From Candidatus Sumerlaeota bacterium (lineage in GTDB: Bacteria > Sumerlaeota > Sumerlaeia > SLMS01): a stretch of 59,240 nucleotides of DNA. Location: contig SLOM01000098.1 in assembly GCA_007132505.1 (NCBI GenBank), positions 1 to 59,240 of the forward strand. Reading direction: 5' to 3'. Of this stretch, positions 29,508-38,809 are shown in pieces. Positions within the stretch are counted from its first letter, which is position 1; each line of letters starts with the position of its first letter. Under the pieces are notes generated by a model. That model worked only from the letters and a program-made list of their open reading frames with translations, was not told the DNA's origin and made no database searches. The translations under genes and the position numbers were made by a program.

Positions 29508-30458
29508 ATGGCAGCCCGCTCCAAACAGGCCGAGAAAACGGATTCTCTCTACCTCGTCCACGGGAACAACCTCGTGGAGGTCAACGAGGCGCGGCTGCAA
29601 CTGCTGGAAAGCCTCCTCCCGCGCGAGGAGCGGGAAACCGCCCTCGCCGAGATTACCCCCCCCGCCAACCAACCACTAAACCTGGAACGGTTTCTTTCCG
29701 AAATCCTGGACGAGCTGGGCACCACGTCCTTCATTCCCGGGTCCCGCCGGGTGGTTGTGATCTATAACCTGACCGAACTGATGAGCGCCCGACGCGGCAA
29801 GGCCCGCACAAAAGCCACTTCGAAGAAGACAAAGGGTACGAAAAAGGACAGAATGGCACTCCTTGTGGAGTGGCTCGAGGTGGAGCTTCCCGAAACCGGA
29901 AACATCGCTGTTTTCGTCTGCGAGGAGGACGATCTGAAGGGCAGGATGCTTCGGGAGGACTCACCACTGGTGCAGTTGGTCCACCGCAAGGGCACTGTCA
30001 TCACCAAGCGCGAAAAGGCGATTCAGTTCGAATTCGACGACCACCTTCTGAACGGTAACGCGGCCGGGGCGTTGACGGTGTTTCGCCACTGGGTGAAGCG
30101 CTCCGCCGGCGATTCGGGCTCGAGGCTTCGCATCTACTCGACAATTGCCCAGGCCGTGGAGCTACTCCTCCAGGCGCGTTGCATTCAGGAAGGCAGGCGT
30201 GCCGGCAAGCCCGTGGGCCAGCTCATGGTCACCGACTTCCCGTCCCTTGAGAAGATCCCTTCCTGGAAATCGGGCAAGATCCACCAGGCGGCGCAGCGGT
30301 TCTCCCTCACCACGCTCCGGGAGATGGTCGAGGACGTCCACAAGCTTCAGCGCGTGATGTACCCGAGCGGCGAGGAGGATTACGTGCCCGATTGGGAGGG
30401 GATGGCGGAGAGTCTTGTGCTGCGCATCACGGCGATGCGAGGCACCCCGGGCCCGTGA
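29508..30458 (+). CDS. holA: DNA polymerase III delta subunit (HolA)-like
   Basis: From ATG 29508: SLYLVHGNNLVEVNEA...FLSEILDELGTTSFIPGSRRVVVIYNL follows the HolA N-domain pattern. Contains a Lys-rich insertion (RRGKARTKATSKKTKGTKKD). Confidence 0.6.
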   Translation: MAARSKQAEKTDSLYLVHGNNLVEVNEARLQLLESLLPREERETALAEITPPANQPLNLERFLSEILDELGTTSFIPGSRRVVVIYNLTELMSARRGKARTKATSKKTKGTKKDRMALLVEWLEVELPETGNIAVFVCEEDDLKGRMLREDSPLVQLVHRKGTVITKREKAIQFEFDDHLLNGNAAGALTVFRHWVKRSAGDSGSRLRIYSTIAQAVELLLQARCIQEGRRAGKPVGQLMVTDFPSLEKIPSWKSGKIHQAAQRFSLTTLREMVEDVHKLQRVMYPSGEEDYVPDWEGMAESLVLRITAMRGTPGP

Positions 30459-31124
30459 TCATACGGCGGTATGCCGGTATCGCAGGGAGTGGATGGGATG
30501 GCCCTGCTCGATGGCCTTGCGCTGGTAGTTCGTCTGGATGTCCTCGGGGTCCTGCTCGATGTCGAGACGGTGATCCTGCTCGAGAGTCAGGAAGGGCGCC
30601 GTGTCTAAGAGCTCCCGAATGACCTCGTAATACGCGGTGACGTCTGTCTTGATGCGGACTGCCGCGCCCGGCTTGAGCGTGCGCTCCAGGATCGGCAGCA
30701 ACCTCGGCTGAAAGAAGCGCCTCTTGTGGTGCCGCTTTTTCGGCCATGGGTCGCTGTATAGAATGATATATTCGTCCACGGAGCGGGGAGGGGCGAACTC
30801 CTCCAGCAGGTAGTGGGCGTCGCAGCGGATGATGCGGACGTTGAGCAGGTTGCGGCGGCGCCACTTGTCCTTGGCACGCCGGACCTCTCCGCCGTCCCGC
30901 TCGATTGCCAGGAAATTCGTCCCGGGCCGGTTCGCGGCCTCGATGGTAAGGAAGAGGCCGCTGCCACTGCCCACTTCGACGGCCAGTGGCGCCTCCCGGC
31001 CGAACAGGCGCGTGAAGTCCAGGGGTTTCTTCAGGTCTCCGAGAGGTATTTCAAGATCCCAGCCGCCTTTCTCTGCTGGCCGGGGTGGCGGTTCGCACGG
31101 TGGCGGTTCTGTCAGCCTCTCCAT
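30459..31124 (-). CDS. trmB: tRNA (guanine-N7)-methyltransferase TrmB
   Basis: EVGSGSGLFL, FLAIERDG, and ILYSDPWPKKRHHKRR, the hallmark of TrmB. Confidence 0.88.
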   Translation of the reverse strand: MERLTEPPPCEPPPRPAEKGGWDLEIPLGDLKKPLDFTRLFGREAPLAVEVGSGSGLFLTIEAANRPGTNFLAIERDGGEVRRAKDKWRRRNLLNVRIIRCDAHYLLEEFAPPRSVDEYIILYSDPWPKKRHHKRRFFQPRLLPILERTLKPGAAVRIKTDVTAYYEVIRELLDTAPFLTLEQDHRLDIEQDPEDIQTNYQRKAIEQGHPIHSLRYRHTAV

Positions 31125-31490
31125 TCAGCCGGCCGGCTCCCGCACAAACTCACCGATGTTCGTGGAGGCAACGGACGTCTCCGGATCACTCTGCAGAATC
31201 TTCCAGGCGTACAGGCCCAGGAGACGCTTCACGCCGTCACTGGCGTCGGGCTTCGTGAGTCTTTCAAGGCCGATGCTCAGTTGCCCTTCCTTGCGGGCCA
31301 CGCGTACGTAGAACAGCTTGGTGAAGCCGCGCTCCACTGCAAGCGAGCGGATCAGCACGATGTCCTTGGCGGAGGAAAGGAACGCCTCCTCGGCCTTGTA
31401 CCGGTTGCCGTCCTCCGAGAACTCCTCCGGCTGGAAGGCCAGCCAGATGTCCTCAGGTGTGAGCGGTCCCTGCAGTATGACATGGGGCAT
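31125..31490 (-). CDS. Hypothetical protein (121 aa)
   Basis: The ORF abuts the trmB start with no gap and lies 32 nt after the pepP-like stop. Balanced, non-repetitive composition. No family recognised. Confidence 0.5.
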   Translation of the reverse strand: MPHVILQGPLTPEDIWLAFQPEEFSEDGNRYKAEEAFLSSAKDIVLIRSLAVERGFTKLFYVRVARKEGQLSIGLERLTKPDASDGVKRLLGLYAWKILQSDPETSVASTNIGEFVREPAG

Positions 31491-31522
31491 TTGTGGAACT
31501 CCCTCGTTGGCGGTACTTCCGG

Positions 31523-32605
31523 TCAGACCGGGATGACATGCAGTTCGCGGGGGAAGGTGGAGAGCACCCTGGCCCCGTTTTCCGTAACCACGGCGTAGTC
31601 CTCTATACGGACCCCGTAGCGCCCCGGTATGTAGATGCCGGGTTCGATGGTGACGACGTTGCCGGGCTCGAGCTTCGTCTTGGTGGCCCGCTGATTGAGA
31701 GTTGGCAGTTCGTGTATCTCCAGCCCAACGCCGTGTCCAAGACCATGGCCAAAATGCTCTCCGTAGCCGGCCTCGGCGATGAGCTCTCGGGCGACAGCGT
31801 CCACTTCGGCGCCCGTGACGCCAGGGCGGAGAGCCTTCACCGCAGCCTGGTTCGCCGCGAGGCAGACCTCGTATATCTCCTCGAAGCCGGAGGGCGGTGC
31901 GCCACCGAGAATGGGGGTGCGCGTGAGGTCCGAGCAGTACCCGCGGCGGATCGCGCCAAGATCAATCTTGAGCGGCTCGCCCTTGCGCAGGCGCCGGCTT
32001 CCGGGCTGATGATGGGGACGCGATGAATTCGGGCCGCTGGCCACGATATTGGGGAAGGACTCCCCCTCCCCGCCGAGTTCCTCCGCAGCGAACCGGATCC
32101 GGCGGCTCAGCAGGTCTTCCCGCAGTCCGGGCCGGGCCTGCTCGAAAGCCAGCAGCATCATCTTCTCCGAAAGGCGGACGGACTGGCGGATGTGTCGCAG
32201 CTCCTCCTCGTCCTTGACACTCCGCAGGCCCGCCGGGATGTCGCCGGCGCTGACAAGGCGCGAGCCACGTGCCCAAGTGCGCAGTTGCCCGAGCTGATCC
32301 ACGGTGATCGAGCCCTCGAAGCCGATCCGCGCGTAGCCGGACTTCTTGAACAGCGACTTGAAGAACCCACGAACGTCCCGCGCCGGCTGCACAATCACCT
32401 TGAAAGAGCTGCCCAGTGCTTTTTCCGCTGCCTCCGCATACCGGGAGTCGGTAACAAAACGTGCCCGGGCGCCGTCCACCAGCAGCAGCGACCAAGTGCA
32501 GTGGAAACCGGTGAAGTACAGCGTGTTGGTTCGGTCCAGAACGGCGAAGGCGTCGAGGTCACGCTCCTTGAGTTCGTGGCGAAGCCTTTTGATTCTTTCC
32601 CGCAT
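31523..32605 (-). CDS. Xaa-Pro aminopeptidase/dipeptidase (M24B family)
   Basis: Creatinase-like N-domain (LDAFAVLDRTNTLYFTGF) and a pita-bread C-domain with metal ligands in HGLGHGVGLEIHE and VVTIEPGIY. ATG 32605. Confidence 0.8.
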   Translation of the reverse strand: MRERIKRLRHELKERDLDAFAVLDRTNTLYFTGFHCTWSLLLVDGARARFVTDSRYAEAAEKALGSSFKVIVQPARDVRGFFKSLFKKSGYARIGFEGSITVDQLGQLRTWARGSRLVSAGDIPAGLRSVKDEEELRHIRQSVRLSEKMMLLAFEQARPGLREDLLSRRIRFAAEELGGEGESFPNIVASGPNSSRPHHQPGSRRLRKGEPLKIDLGAIRRGYCSDLTRTPILGGAPPSGFEEIYEVCLAANQAAVKALRPGVTGAEVDAVARELIAEAGYGEHFGHGLGHGVGLEIHELPTLNQRATKTKLEPGNVVTIEPGIYIPGRYGVRIEDYAVVTENGARVLSTFPRELHVIPV

Positions 32606-32694
32606 GGACGGCGCAATACCCCCGGAGTCTTGACGTGTTGTAACCGGCCGAACGGACCGTGGCGCACTTGCAAGGCGATGACAAGAGGGAAGCC

Positions 32695-33747
32695 ATGAGG
32701 GACAGCGCACCACTGAGGCTCAACGGCAACATGCCGGAAGATATCCGGCGGGCCGCCCAATTGCTCCGTGAGGGCAGGCTGGTGGCTTTCCCCACAGAGA
32801 CCGTCTATGGGCTCGGCGCCGATGCAACGAGCGCGGGAGCCGTGCGGGAGGTCTTCCGCCTCAAGGGCCGTCCGGCCGCGAATCCACTCATTGTTCACGG
32901 CGGCTCGGTGGCGGAACTGCACCGCTGGTGCCGGCACTGGCCCGCAGAGGCCAAGGCCCTGGCGGAGCGCTTCTGGCCTGGCCCGCTGACGATGATTCTG
33001 CCTGCGGCGGAGGGGCTTGCCCCGGAGGTGCTGGCTGGCGGCGAAACTGTCGGGTTGCGCGTGCCGGCCCACCCGGTGGCGCTGGAGCTGCTCGGGCAAT
33101 GCCGCTTTCCCGTCGCCGCACCGAGCGCCAACCCCAGCACCCGGCTCTCCCCCACCACGGCGGACGCAGTTGTCGAACTGCTCGGGGGCGGGCTGGCGGC
33201 CGTACTCGACGGTGGACGCTGCGACGTGGGTATCGAATCGGCAGTTCTCGACCTGACGGGAAGAACGCCGGTCATACTGCGGCCTGGCGTGATCACCCGG
33301 GAGGAGCTTTCCGCCGCGCTCGGACGGCATGTCGCCCTGCAGGGAGAGACCGGCATCGGGCCGGGTGGGCCTCTGCGCTCGCCCGGCATGTTGCCACGCC
33401 ACTATTCCCCGAAAGTGCCGGCAAGGTTGGTGGCGAAAGCGCCGGAGAATCCCGGACCGGAGGCCTTCCTCGTCTGCCTTGGCGATGACCACCATGTGGA
33501 AGCCGGGAGGGTGGTTCTTCCTGCCGATCCGGTGGAATACGCACGCCATCTCTATGAGAGCCTCCTCGTCGCGGAAGGCAGCGGTGCGCAACGCATCCTC
33601 ATCGAGAGGCCGCCACAGAGAGCGGCCTGGTTGGCGGTGCTGGATCGGCTCGAGCGGGCCTGCACGCCGGAGCAACCGCCCCACCGTGCGCCTTCTGATG
33701 GGAAAGAGCCGGGACAGTCTCCGGGAAACGGATTACCCAACGGGTAG
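32695..33747 (+). CDS. tsaC: L-threonylcarbamoyladenylate synthase (YrdC+Sua5 domains)
   Basis: GRLVAFPTETVYGLGADA....AV..VF.LKGRPA.NPLIVH and APSANPS..LSPTTA, plus a C-terminal Sua5 domain. Confidence 0.88.
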   Translation: MRDSAPLRLNGNMPEDIRRAAQLLREGRLVAFPTETVYGLGADATSAGAVREVFRLKGRPAANPLIVHGGSVAELHRWCRHWPAEAKALAERFWPGPLTMILPAAEGLAPEVLAGGETVGLRVPAHPVALELLGQCRFPVAAPSANPSTRLSPTTADAVVELLGGGLAAVLDGGRCDVGIESAVLDLTGRTPVILRPGVITREELSAALGRHVALQGETGIGPGGPLRSPGMLPRHYSPKVPARLVAKAPENPGPEAFLVCLGDDHHVEAGRVVLPADPVEYARHLYESLLVAEGSGAQRILIERPPQRAAWLAVLDRLERACTPEQPPHRAPSDGKEPGQSPGNGLPNG

Positions 33748-33937
33748 CCTGATACACGCAGCCAAACCATGCCCGAGACGCTTCTGCGGGAAAACCCGGA
33801 GAATGCGTGAACGGCTGATTACGCAGGCTTTACAAGGCAAACCCCCGGTTTCGGGGAAAAGACGCCCCACTCTGAGGGATTGGTCCCGGTACTGCTCCCG
33901 TATGGGATCAGAAACCGAGCAAACCGGGCCAAATCAA

Positions 33938-34321
33938 ATGTCATGCACGAAAAAAGGATTCAGTGTCATCGAGTTGATGATCGTGGTGATGATCCTCGGC
34001 TTCCTGCTGGCCGTGGCCATACCGTCGTTCCTTGCGGCGCGAAGCGCCACCCGCGCCAGAGCCTGCCAGAAGAATCTCACCGTCATGTACGAGGCGAAGC
34101 ATCAGTGGGCCATTGAGATGAACCAGCCCTTCTTCGCGGAAATGGACTGGGAAGACCTCGTGGGCGAGGACCTCTACATCCGCCACCAGCCCGAATGCCC
34201 CGCCGGCGGGGAGTACGAACTGGGAAGCATGCTCGAGCTGCCGGTTTGCTCGATCGGCGAGGGCACCGGCCGCCACCCCCATGTGATTGACCCGCCCCTG
34301 CCGGGGACGCAGGAGGAGTGA
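33938..34321 (+). CDS. Prepilin-type N-terminal cleavage/methylation domain protein (pseudopilin-like)
   Basis: MSCTKKG|FSVIELMIVVMILGFLLAVAIPSF is a class-III signal with Glu+5. 127 aa with four Cys in the globular part. Confidence 0.8.
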   Translation: MSCTKKGFSVIELMIVVMILGFLLAVAIPSFLAARSATRARACQKNLTVMYEAKHQWAIEMNQPFFAEMDWEDLVGEDLYIRHQPECPAGGEYELGSMLELPVCSIGEGTGRHPHVIDPPLPGTQEE

Positions 34322-34334
34322 CGGCCCGCAGGGA

Positions 34335-34826
34335 TTACTTGTCGGCTTTGCGCCGGCCGACTTCCTCCAGCAGGCGCGGCCCGTCCAGCACGCTGACGTA
34401 AGGCAGGAGTTCCTCGACGTTTCCGAGGACGAATTCAGTCAGCTGCTTCACCACGATTTCCTGCAGCTCCTCGCGCTTCCAGGGCTTGGCAATGTAGCTG
34501 TCGAGCCCGGCCTCGTTGACGGCCTTGACGGTGTCCTCCAAGCTCGCCTGTCCCGTAATGAGCACCTTCCGGGCAACGGCGGTCCGCTCGTCCTTCTTGA
34601 GCTCCACAAGGAAGTCCACCCCGCTTTGCCCGGGCAGCAGATGATCGCACAGGACGAGGCCGAGCTTATCCTTGCGGGCCAGCGCCTCCTGCAGCACCTC
34701 GCGGGCGGCGTCGGCGGTTTCGGCCGCCTCGACCTGAAAATGCTCGGCGAACGGTTCGAGATCCCGAAGGATCGCATCCCGCACCTCCTGTTCGTCTTCG
34801 ATGCAGAGAACGAGAACCTGGTTCAT
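34335..34826 (-). CDS. Single-domain response regulator (receiver only)
   Basis: The receiver residues are in order: VLCIEDE acidic pair, LVLCDHLLPG phospho-Asp, VLITGQAS, and YIAKPW Lys. The start overlaps the kinase stop (ATGA). Confidence 0.85.
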   Translation of the reverse strand: MNQVLVLCIEDEQEVRDAILRDLEPFAEHFQVEAAETADAAREVLQEALARKDKLGLVLCDHLLPGQSGVDFLVELKKDERTAVARKVLITGQASLEDTVKAVNEAGLDSYIAKPWKREELQEIVVKQLTEFVLGNVEELLPYVSVLDGPRLLEEVGRRKADK

Positions 34827-36922
34827 GAAAGCCCTCCGTGTTGGGTATTCCGCTGTCTGGCTTGCGGTTCATCCTGAGTGGGGTTTTGCGGCGTCAAATC
34901 CGCTCTTGCTGTCTCCCCGCCCACAGGCTGGCGGACGGGAAGAATGACCTTGAAACACGTCCTGCCGGGGCGGGAGTCAAGTTCGATGCTGCCTCCGTGG
35001 CGCGTCACGATCTGACGGCAGATGGAAAGCCCCATCCCCAAGCCGAACTGCACACGGCCCTGCTTCGTGGTGAAGTGCAGTCCGAAGATGCGCTGCTGCA
35101 CGTCCTCCGGGATGCCCGGACCGGTGTCAATAATGCTGACGTGGACCTGTTCGTTTTCCCGGTCCGCGCCTGTCTCGATGGTGAGAGTCCCCTCCTCACC
35201 CATCGCCTCGATGGCGTTGGAGATGAGGTTGGTCCAGACCTGGTTGAGCTGGGCTGCGCGGCATTGCACCTTCGGAAGGTCTCCATACCGCCGCTCGACC
35301 TGGATATTCCTGAGGGTGTGACCGAAGAGAAGCAGGGTGTCTTCCAGCCCCTCGTGTATATCCTCAAAGGCAGGTCCTTCTTCATCGGGGCGGGCGTAGG
35401 ACCGGAGGCTCTTGACGATGCCGGTGACGCGGGAGGCACAGGAGCGAATGTTTCGCAGCCCGCTGCCGAGTTGGTGAACACGCTCAAGCATGGCCAGCCT
35501 CTCGCGCCGCTCCTCCCTGGGCACGCCCTCGAAAAAGGCCTCGTATTCACCCCGGGTGTGGATGCCGATGGTGACAAGCCGGCGCGCTAGTGTCCGGTCG
35601 CTGAGTTCATCAGCCAGCCGATTGCGGATCTTCCGCTCCTCGCGCGTGGGAAGCGGCCGGGCATCATGAGCCGCCTGCAGCTGCTCGGCCAGTTTGCTCC
35701 CCTCCCGGCAGGACCCGAGAATCGCTTCCAGGTCCTCCGCGATGTAGTCCGCGGAACGCTGGATGGCGGAGATGGGGTTGTTCAGTTCGTGCGCGATGCC
35801 GGCGGACAGCAGACCCAAGGTGGCCATCTTCTCCGTCTCCAGCAGTCGCGATTGGGTGCGCCTGAGAAGTTCGAGGGTCTCGGCGAGCTGATCCCGCTCA
35901 CGAGCCAGAGCCGAGTTCAAGTCCTCGACTTCCATCTGCAGCTCGGCGGAGCGCCGCACCCGGTTTCCCAAAGTACGGATCAGCACGGTGTCGAAATAGA
36001 CGGACAGGCCGGGGCTCGTCTGCAGGGCAAAATCCAACTGTTCAGGCGTGACGGTGAGTGCGGTCAACTCGGTCGCCGTGCAGCATGTATAGAAGGCGGT
36101 CTGCCCTTGGGAGAGCGCAAGCAGGCCGATGAGCCGGCCGGCGCTTTCCATGTGCATGACGACTTCCTTCTCCTTGGCTTGGCGCGTCAGGCGCACCTTC
36201 CCGTCGAGCACGATCCAGAGCCGGTCCACCGTGTCGCCCTGCTGGAACATGACGGTGTCGGGGGGAAAAGTCTGCCGGGGTGGTTGGTCCAGAACCCGGT
36301 CAAACTCGCGGATCATCTCCTCCTCGAGCTGCATGTCGCTCAGATCGGCGACCGATAGGAAGGAGCGCTTGACGGTCCGAAGCTGGGTCGCGAGGTCCCG
36401 GCGGAGACGTTCGGAGGCGACCAAGGCGTGGGAAAGCTCCCTCGGATCGAAATACTCCGCCAGGTGCTCCACCTCGCCGGGCGCCTGCTCAATGATGTAG
36501 TCGGTGACAAGGCGCCGGACCGCGTCCATAAGCTCCTCGCGGGCGCAGGGCTTCTTCAGACGGGTGTTCAGTGCCCCCTGGTTTAGGAGCCGTGTGAGTT
36601 CCTCCAGCGATGCATGCTCGGAGAGGAGGAGCTTCCGGCTGGCCCGGTAGCGCGGGTCCTCGTGGATTTCCAGCAGGACGTCCCCGCCGCGGACTCCATC
36701 CCTCAGTGGATCGTCCACGATGATCACTGGAACTGGTGTCGAACGCTCCTCCATGTCCTGAAGTGCCTGGCGCAATTCCTCTGTGTTGGTCACCGTCTCG
36801 GCAGAGACAAGGTGCCCGCCCGCTTCGCTGAGGTCTGCAGCCAAGCTCTCCCGCACCTCCTCCGGTTCGGTGGTGCACAGCAGCATGACACATGGCTTTG
36901 CGGAGCTGGGGGGTGGGGTCAT
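34823..36922 (-). CDS. Sensor histidine kinase: receiver-like domain + cNMP-binding-like domain + HisKA + HATPase_c
   Basis: FQQGDTVDRLWIVLDGKVRL (cNMP/CRP fold), H-box LSAGIAHELNNPISAI, N-box QVWTNLISNAIEA, and G-boxes IIDTGPGIP and GLGMGLSI. Confidence 0.85.
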   Translation of the reverse strand: MTPPPSSAKPCVMLLCTTEPEEVRESLAADLSEAGGHLVSAETVTNTEELRQALQDMEERSTPVPVIIVDDPLRDGVRGGDVLLEIHEDPRYRASRKLLLSEHASLEELTRLLNQGALNTRLKKPCAREELMDAVRRLVTDYIIEQAPGEVEHLAEYFDPRELSHALVASERLRRDLATQLRTVKRSFLSVADLSDMQLEEEMIREFDRVLDQPPRQTFPPDTVMFQQGDTVDRLWIVLDGKVRLTRQAKEKEVVMHMESAGRLIGLLALSQGQTAFYTCCTATELTALTVTPEQLDFALQTSPGLSVYFDTVLIRTLGNRVRRSAELQMEVEDLNSALARERDQLAETLELLRRTQSRLLETEKMATLGLLSAGIAHELNNPISAIQRSADYIAEDLEAILGSCREGSKLAEQLQAAHDARPLPTREERKIRNRLADELSDRTLARRLVTIGIHTRGEYEAFFEGVPREERRERLAMLERVHQLGSGLRNIRSCASRVTGIVKSLRSYARPDEEGPAFEDIHEGLEDTLLLFGHTLRNIQVERRYGDLPKVQCRAAQLNQVWTNLISNAIEAMGEEGTLTIETGADRENEQVHVSIIDTGPGIPEDVQQRIFGLHFTTKQGRVQFGLGMGLSICRQIVTRHGGSIELDSRPGRTCFKVILPVRQPVGGETARADLTPQNPTQDEPQARQRNTQHGGLS

Positions 36923-37080
36923 GGGGCGGACGGCGGCCTCGGATCACTAAAGGGGGGAGAGCCTCTCAGCTTTCAAACTGGCGATGGTGGCGGGAGGACG
37001 CCACCGCCGCCAGCACCAGTGAACCGAGTGGGCGGCGGCGGCGCCACGCTTTCACGCCCCGGAGGGTACATGGTCCGGAG

Positions 37081-38529
37081 TTACTGCGGCGTCACCTCCG
37101 GCATCAGACCCAGCGCATCCCACACCAGCGGCGCGAACTGGATGAAGATCACCCAGCCAACGACACCAATCATCGCGCCCATGATCATCATGTTCCGCGT
37201 GCTGAACACGCCGGTACTGTAGGCGATCGCGTTCGGCGGCGTGCTGACAGGCAGGGCCATGGCAAGCGAGCAGCTCACGGCGATGAACACACCCGCTTCG
37301 ACGGGCGAGATCGCCACGCCGGAGGACGCGGCAAGCGTCAGCCCGAGGGGCACAATCAGGTTCGCCGTGGCGGTGTTCGAGATGAAGGTGCTCAGAATAA
37401 TCGAGATGATCGAAAGCAGCGCCACCAGCAGGAGCGTGCCGACCTGCTCCCAGTCCACGAGCCCGATCATCCACTGGTCCAGGCCCGAGTGGCGGACGCC
37501 CGCCCCAAGGGCAATACCGCCGGCCATCAGCCACAGCACGTGCCATTGGATGGACTGCATGTCCTTGGTCGTGAAAACGCCCGTGGAAATCAGCACGACG
37601 ACCGGGAGGAAGCCCACCATCGTCGAGGCCATCCCGTGGAGGGCCTCGGTCATCCAGAGCAGCACCGTCACCGCGAAGGTGACGTAGAAGATGATCGCCG
37701 CTGGCTCCAAATTGAACTTCGAGTCAATCTGCAGTTTGATCTCCTTCGTGTCGGAGCGGAAGAACCAGCCGATCATCAGCCAGGCAGCCACCATCACCAC
37801 GATCACGAAGGGAAGCATCATCATCATCCAGTCGAAGAATCCGACGTCGTAGCCGGCCTCGAACATGGCGCTCACCGCGATGGCGTTGGGCGGAGTCCCG
37901 ATGGGCGTTCCGATGCCACCGAGGTTGGCGGCAAAGGGGATGCTCAGCGCCAGACCCGCCGCCAGCCGGTCGCCCGGGGGCAGCGTCCGGATGATCGGCA
38001 GCACCACCGCCATCATCGTGGCGGCGGTGGCCGTGTTGCTCATGAACATCGAGAAAACGGCGGTGACCAGCATCAGACCGAAGATGATCCAGATCGGCGA
38101 CGTGCCGAACGGCCTGAGGACCACCCGCGCGAGGTTCTTGTCCAGATGGTACTTGGAAGCACAGTTGGCCAGTACGAAGCCGCCAAGGAAGAGCATCAGA
38201 ATCGGATCGGCCAGCGTGGCGAAGTATTGGCCGAAGGAGACCGCGTCCGGGGCGTATTCCTCCGGCAAAGGGATCAAAGCCCGGTCGCTGATGAACAGGA
38301 TCAGAAGGAAGATGATCAGGACGGCCGTGGCGTGGAGGGGGATGGCCTCGGTGAGCCACAGGACCACGGCAAGGAGGAAGACGGACAGGACCCGGTGCCC
38401 TTCGGGCGACAGGCCGGGGAAGTTGATGAGCCACGGGATGGTAAAGGCAATCAGGGCAATAATCAGGGTGATCATGCGCCCCACGGTCATACTACCGCCA
38501 GAACTGGCAGCGGCGGTTGGTTCCGTCAT
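37081..38529 (-). CDS. DASS/SLC13-family sodium-coupled anion (di/tricarboxylate or sulfate) symporter
   Basis: 482-aa polytopic protein with two SNT hairpin signatures (FMSNTATAATMM, FISNTATANLIV). RBS GGAGGA before ATG 38529. Confidence 0.85.
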   Translation of the reverse strand: MTEPTAAASSGGSMTVGRMITLIIALIAFTIPWLINFPGLSPEGHRVLSVFLLAVVLWLTEAIPLHATAVLIIFLLILFISDRALIPLPEEYAPDAVSFGQYFATLADPILMLFLGGFVLANCASKYHLDKNLARVVLRPFGTSPIWIIFGLMLVTAVFSMFMSNTATAATMMAVVLPIIRTLPPGDRLAAGLALSIPFAANLGGIGTPIGTPPNAIAVSAMFEAGYDVGFFDWMMMMLPFVIVVMVAAWLMIGWFFRSDTKEIKLQIDSKFNLEPAAIIFYVTFAVTVLLWMTEALHGMASTMVGFLPVVVLISTGVFTTKDMQSIQWHVLWLMAGGIALGAGVRHSGLDQWMIGLVDWEQVGTLLLVALLSIISIILSTFISNTATANLIVPLGLTLAASSGVAISPVEAGVFIAVSCSLAMALPVSTPPNAIAYSTGVFSTRNMMIMGAMIGVVGWVIFIQFAPLVWDALGLMPEVTPQ

Positions 38530-38809
38530 TGAAGTCCTCCATCGGGGAAATGTGTTTGCCAGCCTCTTTCATGGCGTGGCGCGACGCCGCGTGCCCGCGG
38601 CGAGTGTGCTCCAAGCGAAGGTGCCCGGGGGTTCCTCCCCAAGCCCGCGCGCGGTTGTGCATCCGTGAACGGGCCGGGGCAAGGCCGGATCAGGGTTTGG
38701 AATCCGCGGGGTAGATCAAATCCCCGATAAAATTTGCCTGACCGTCCGTAGGCACCGCGGAGCACTCGTCCCCTTGGAGCAATCCACGGATTGTGGGTTC
38801 CGCGTTTCC

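Noticed and set aside
31523-32605. M24 peptidase as a possible ectoine hydrolase (DoeA/EutD)
   Set aside because: It lies 11 kb from the ect block among housekeeping genes (trmB, tsaC), with no doeB, doeC or doeD nearby. Generic Xaa-Pro peptidase is the more economical call. Only phylogeny could settle it.
36892-38532. 546-aa ORF antisense to the DASS transporter
   Set aside because: Extreme His/Arg/Asp/Gly/Glu low complexity. The opposite strand encodes a textbook polytopic transporter with SNT motifs.
38530-38809. 280-nt spacer between cydB and the DASS gene, examined for a CydX-like peptide, a riboswitch or a terminator
   Set aside because: Only an Arg-rich 95-aa shadow ORF and short 5-6-bp inverted repeats are present. 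There is no hydrophobic mini-ORF and no recognisable RNA motif.
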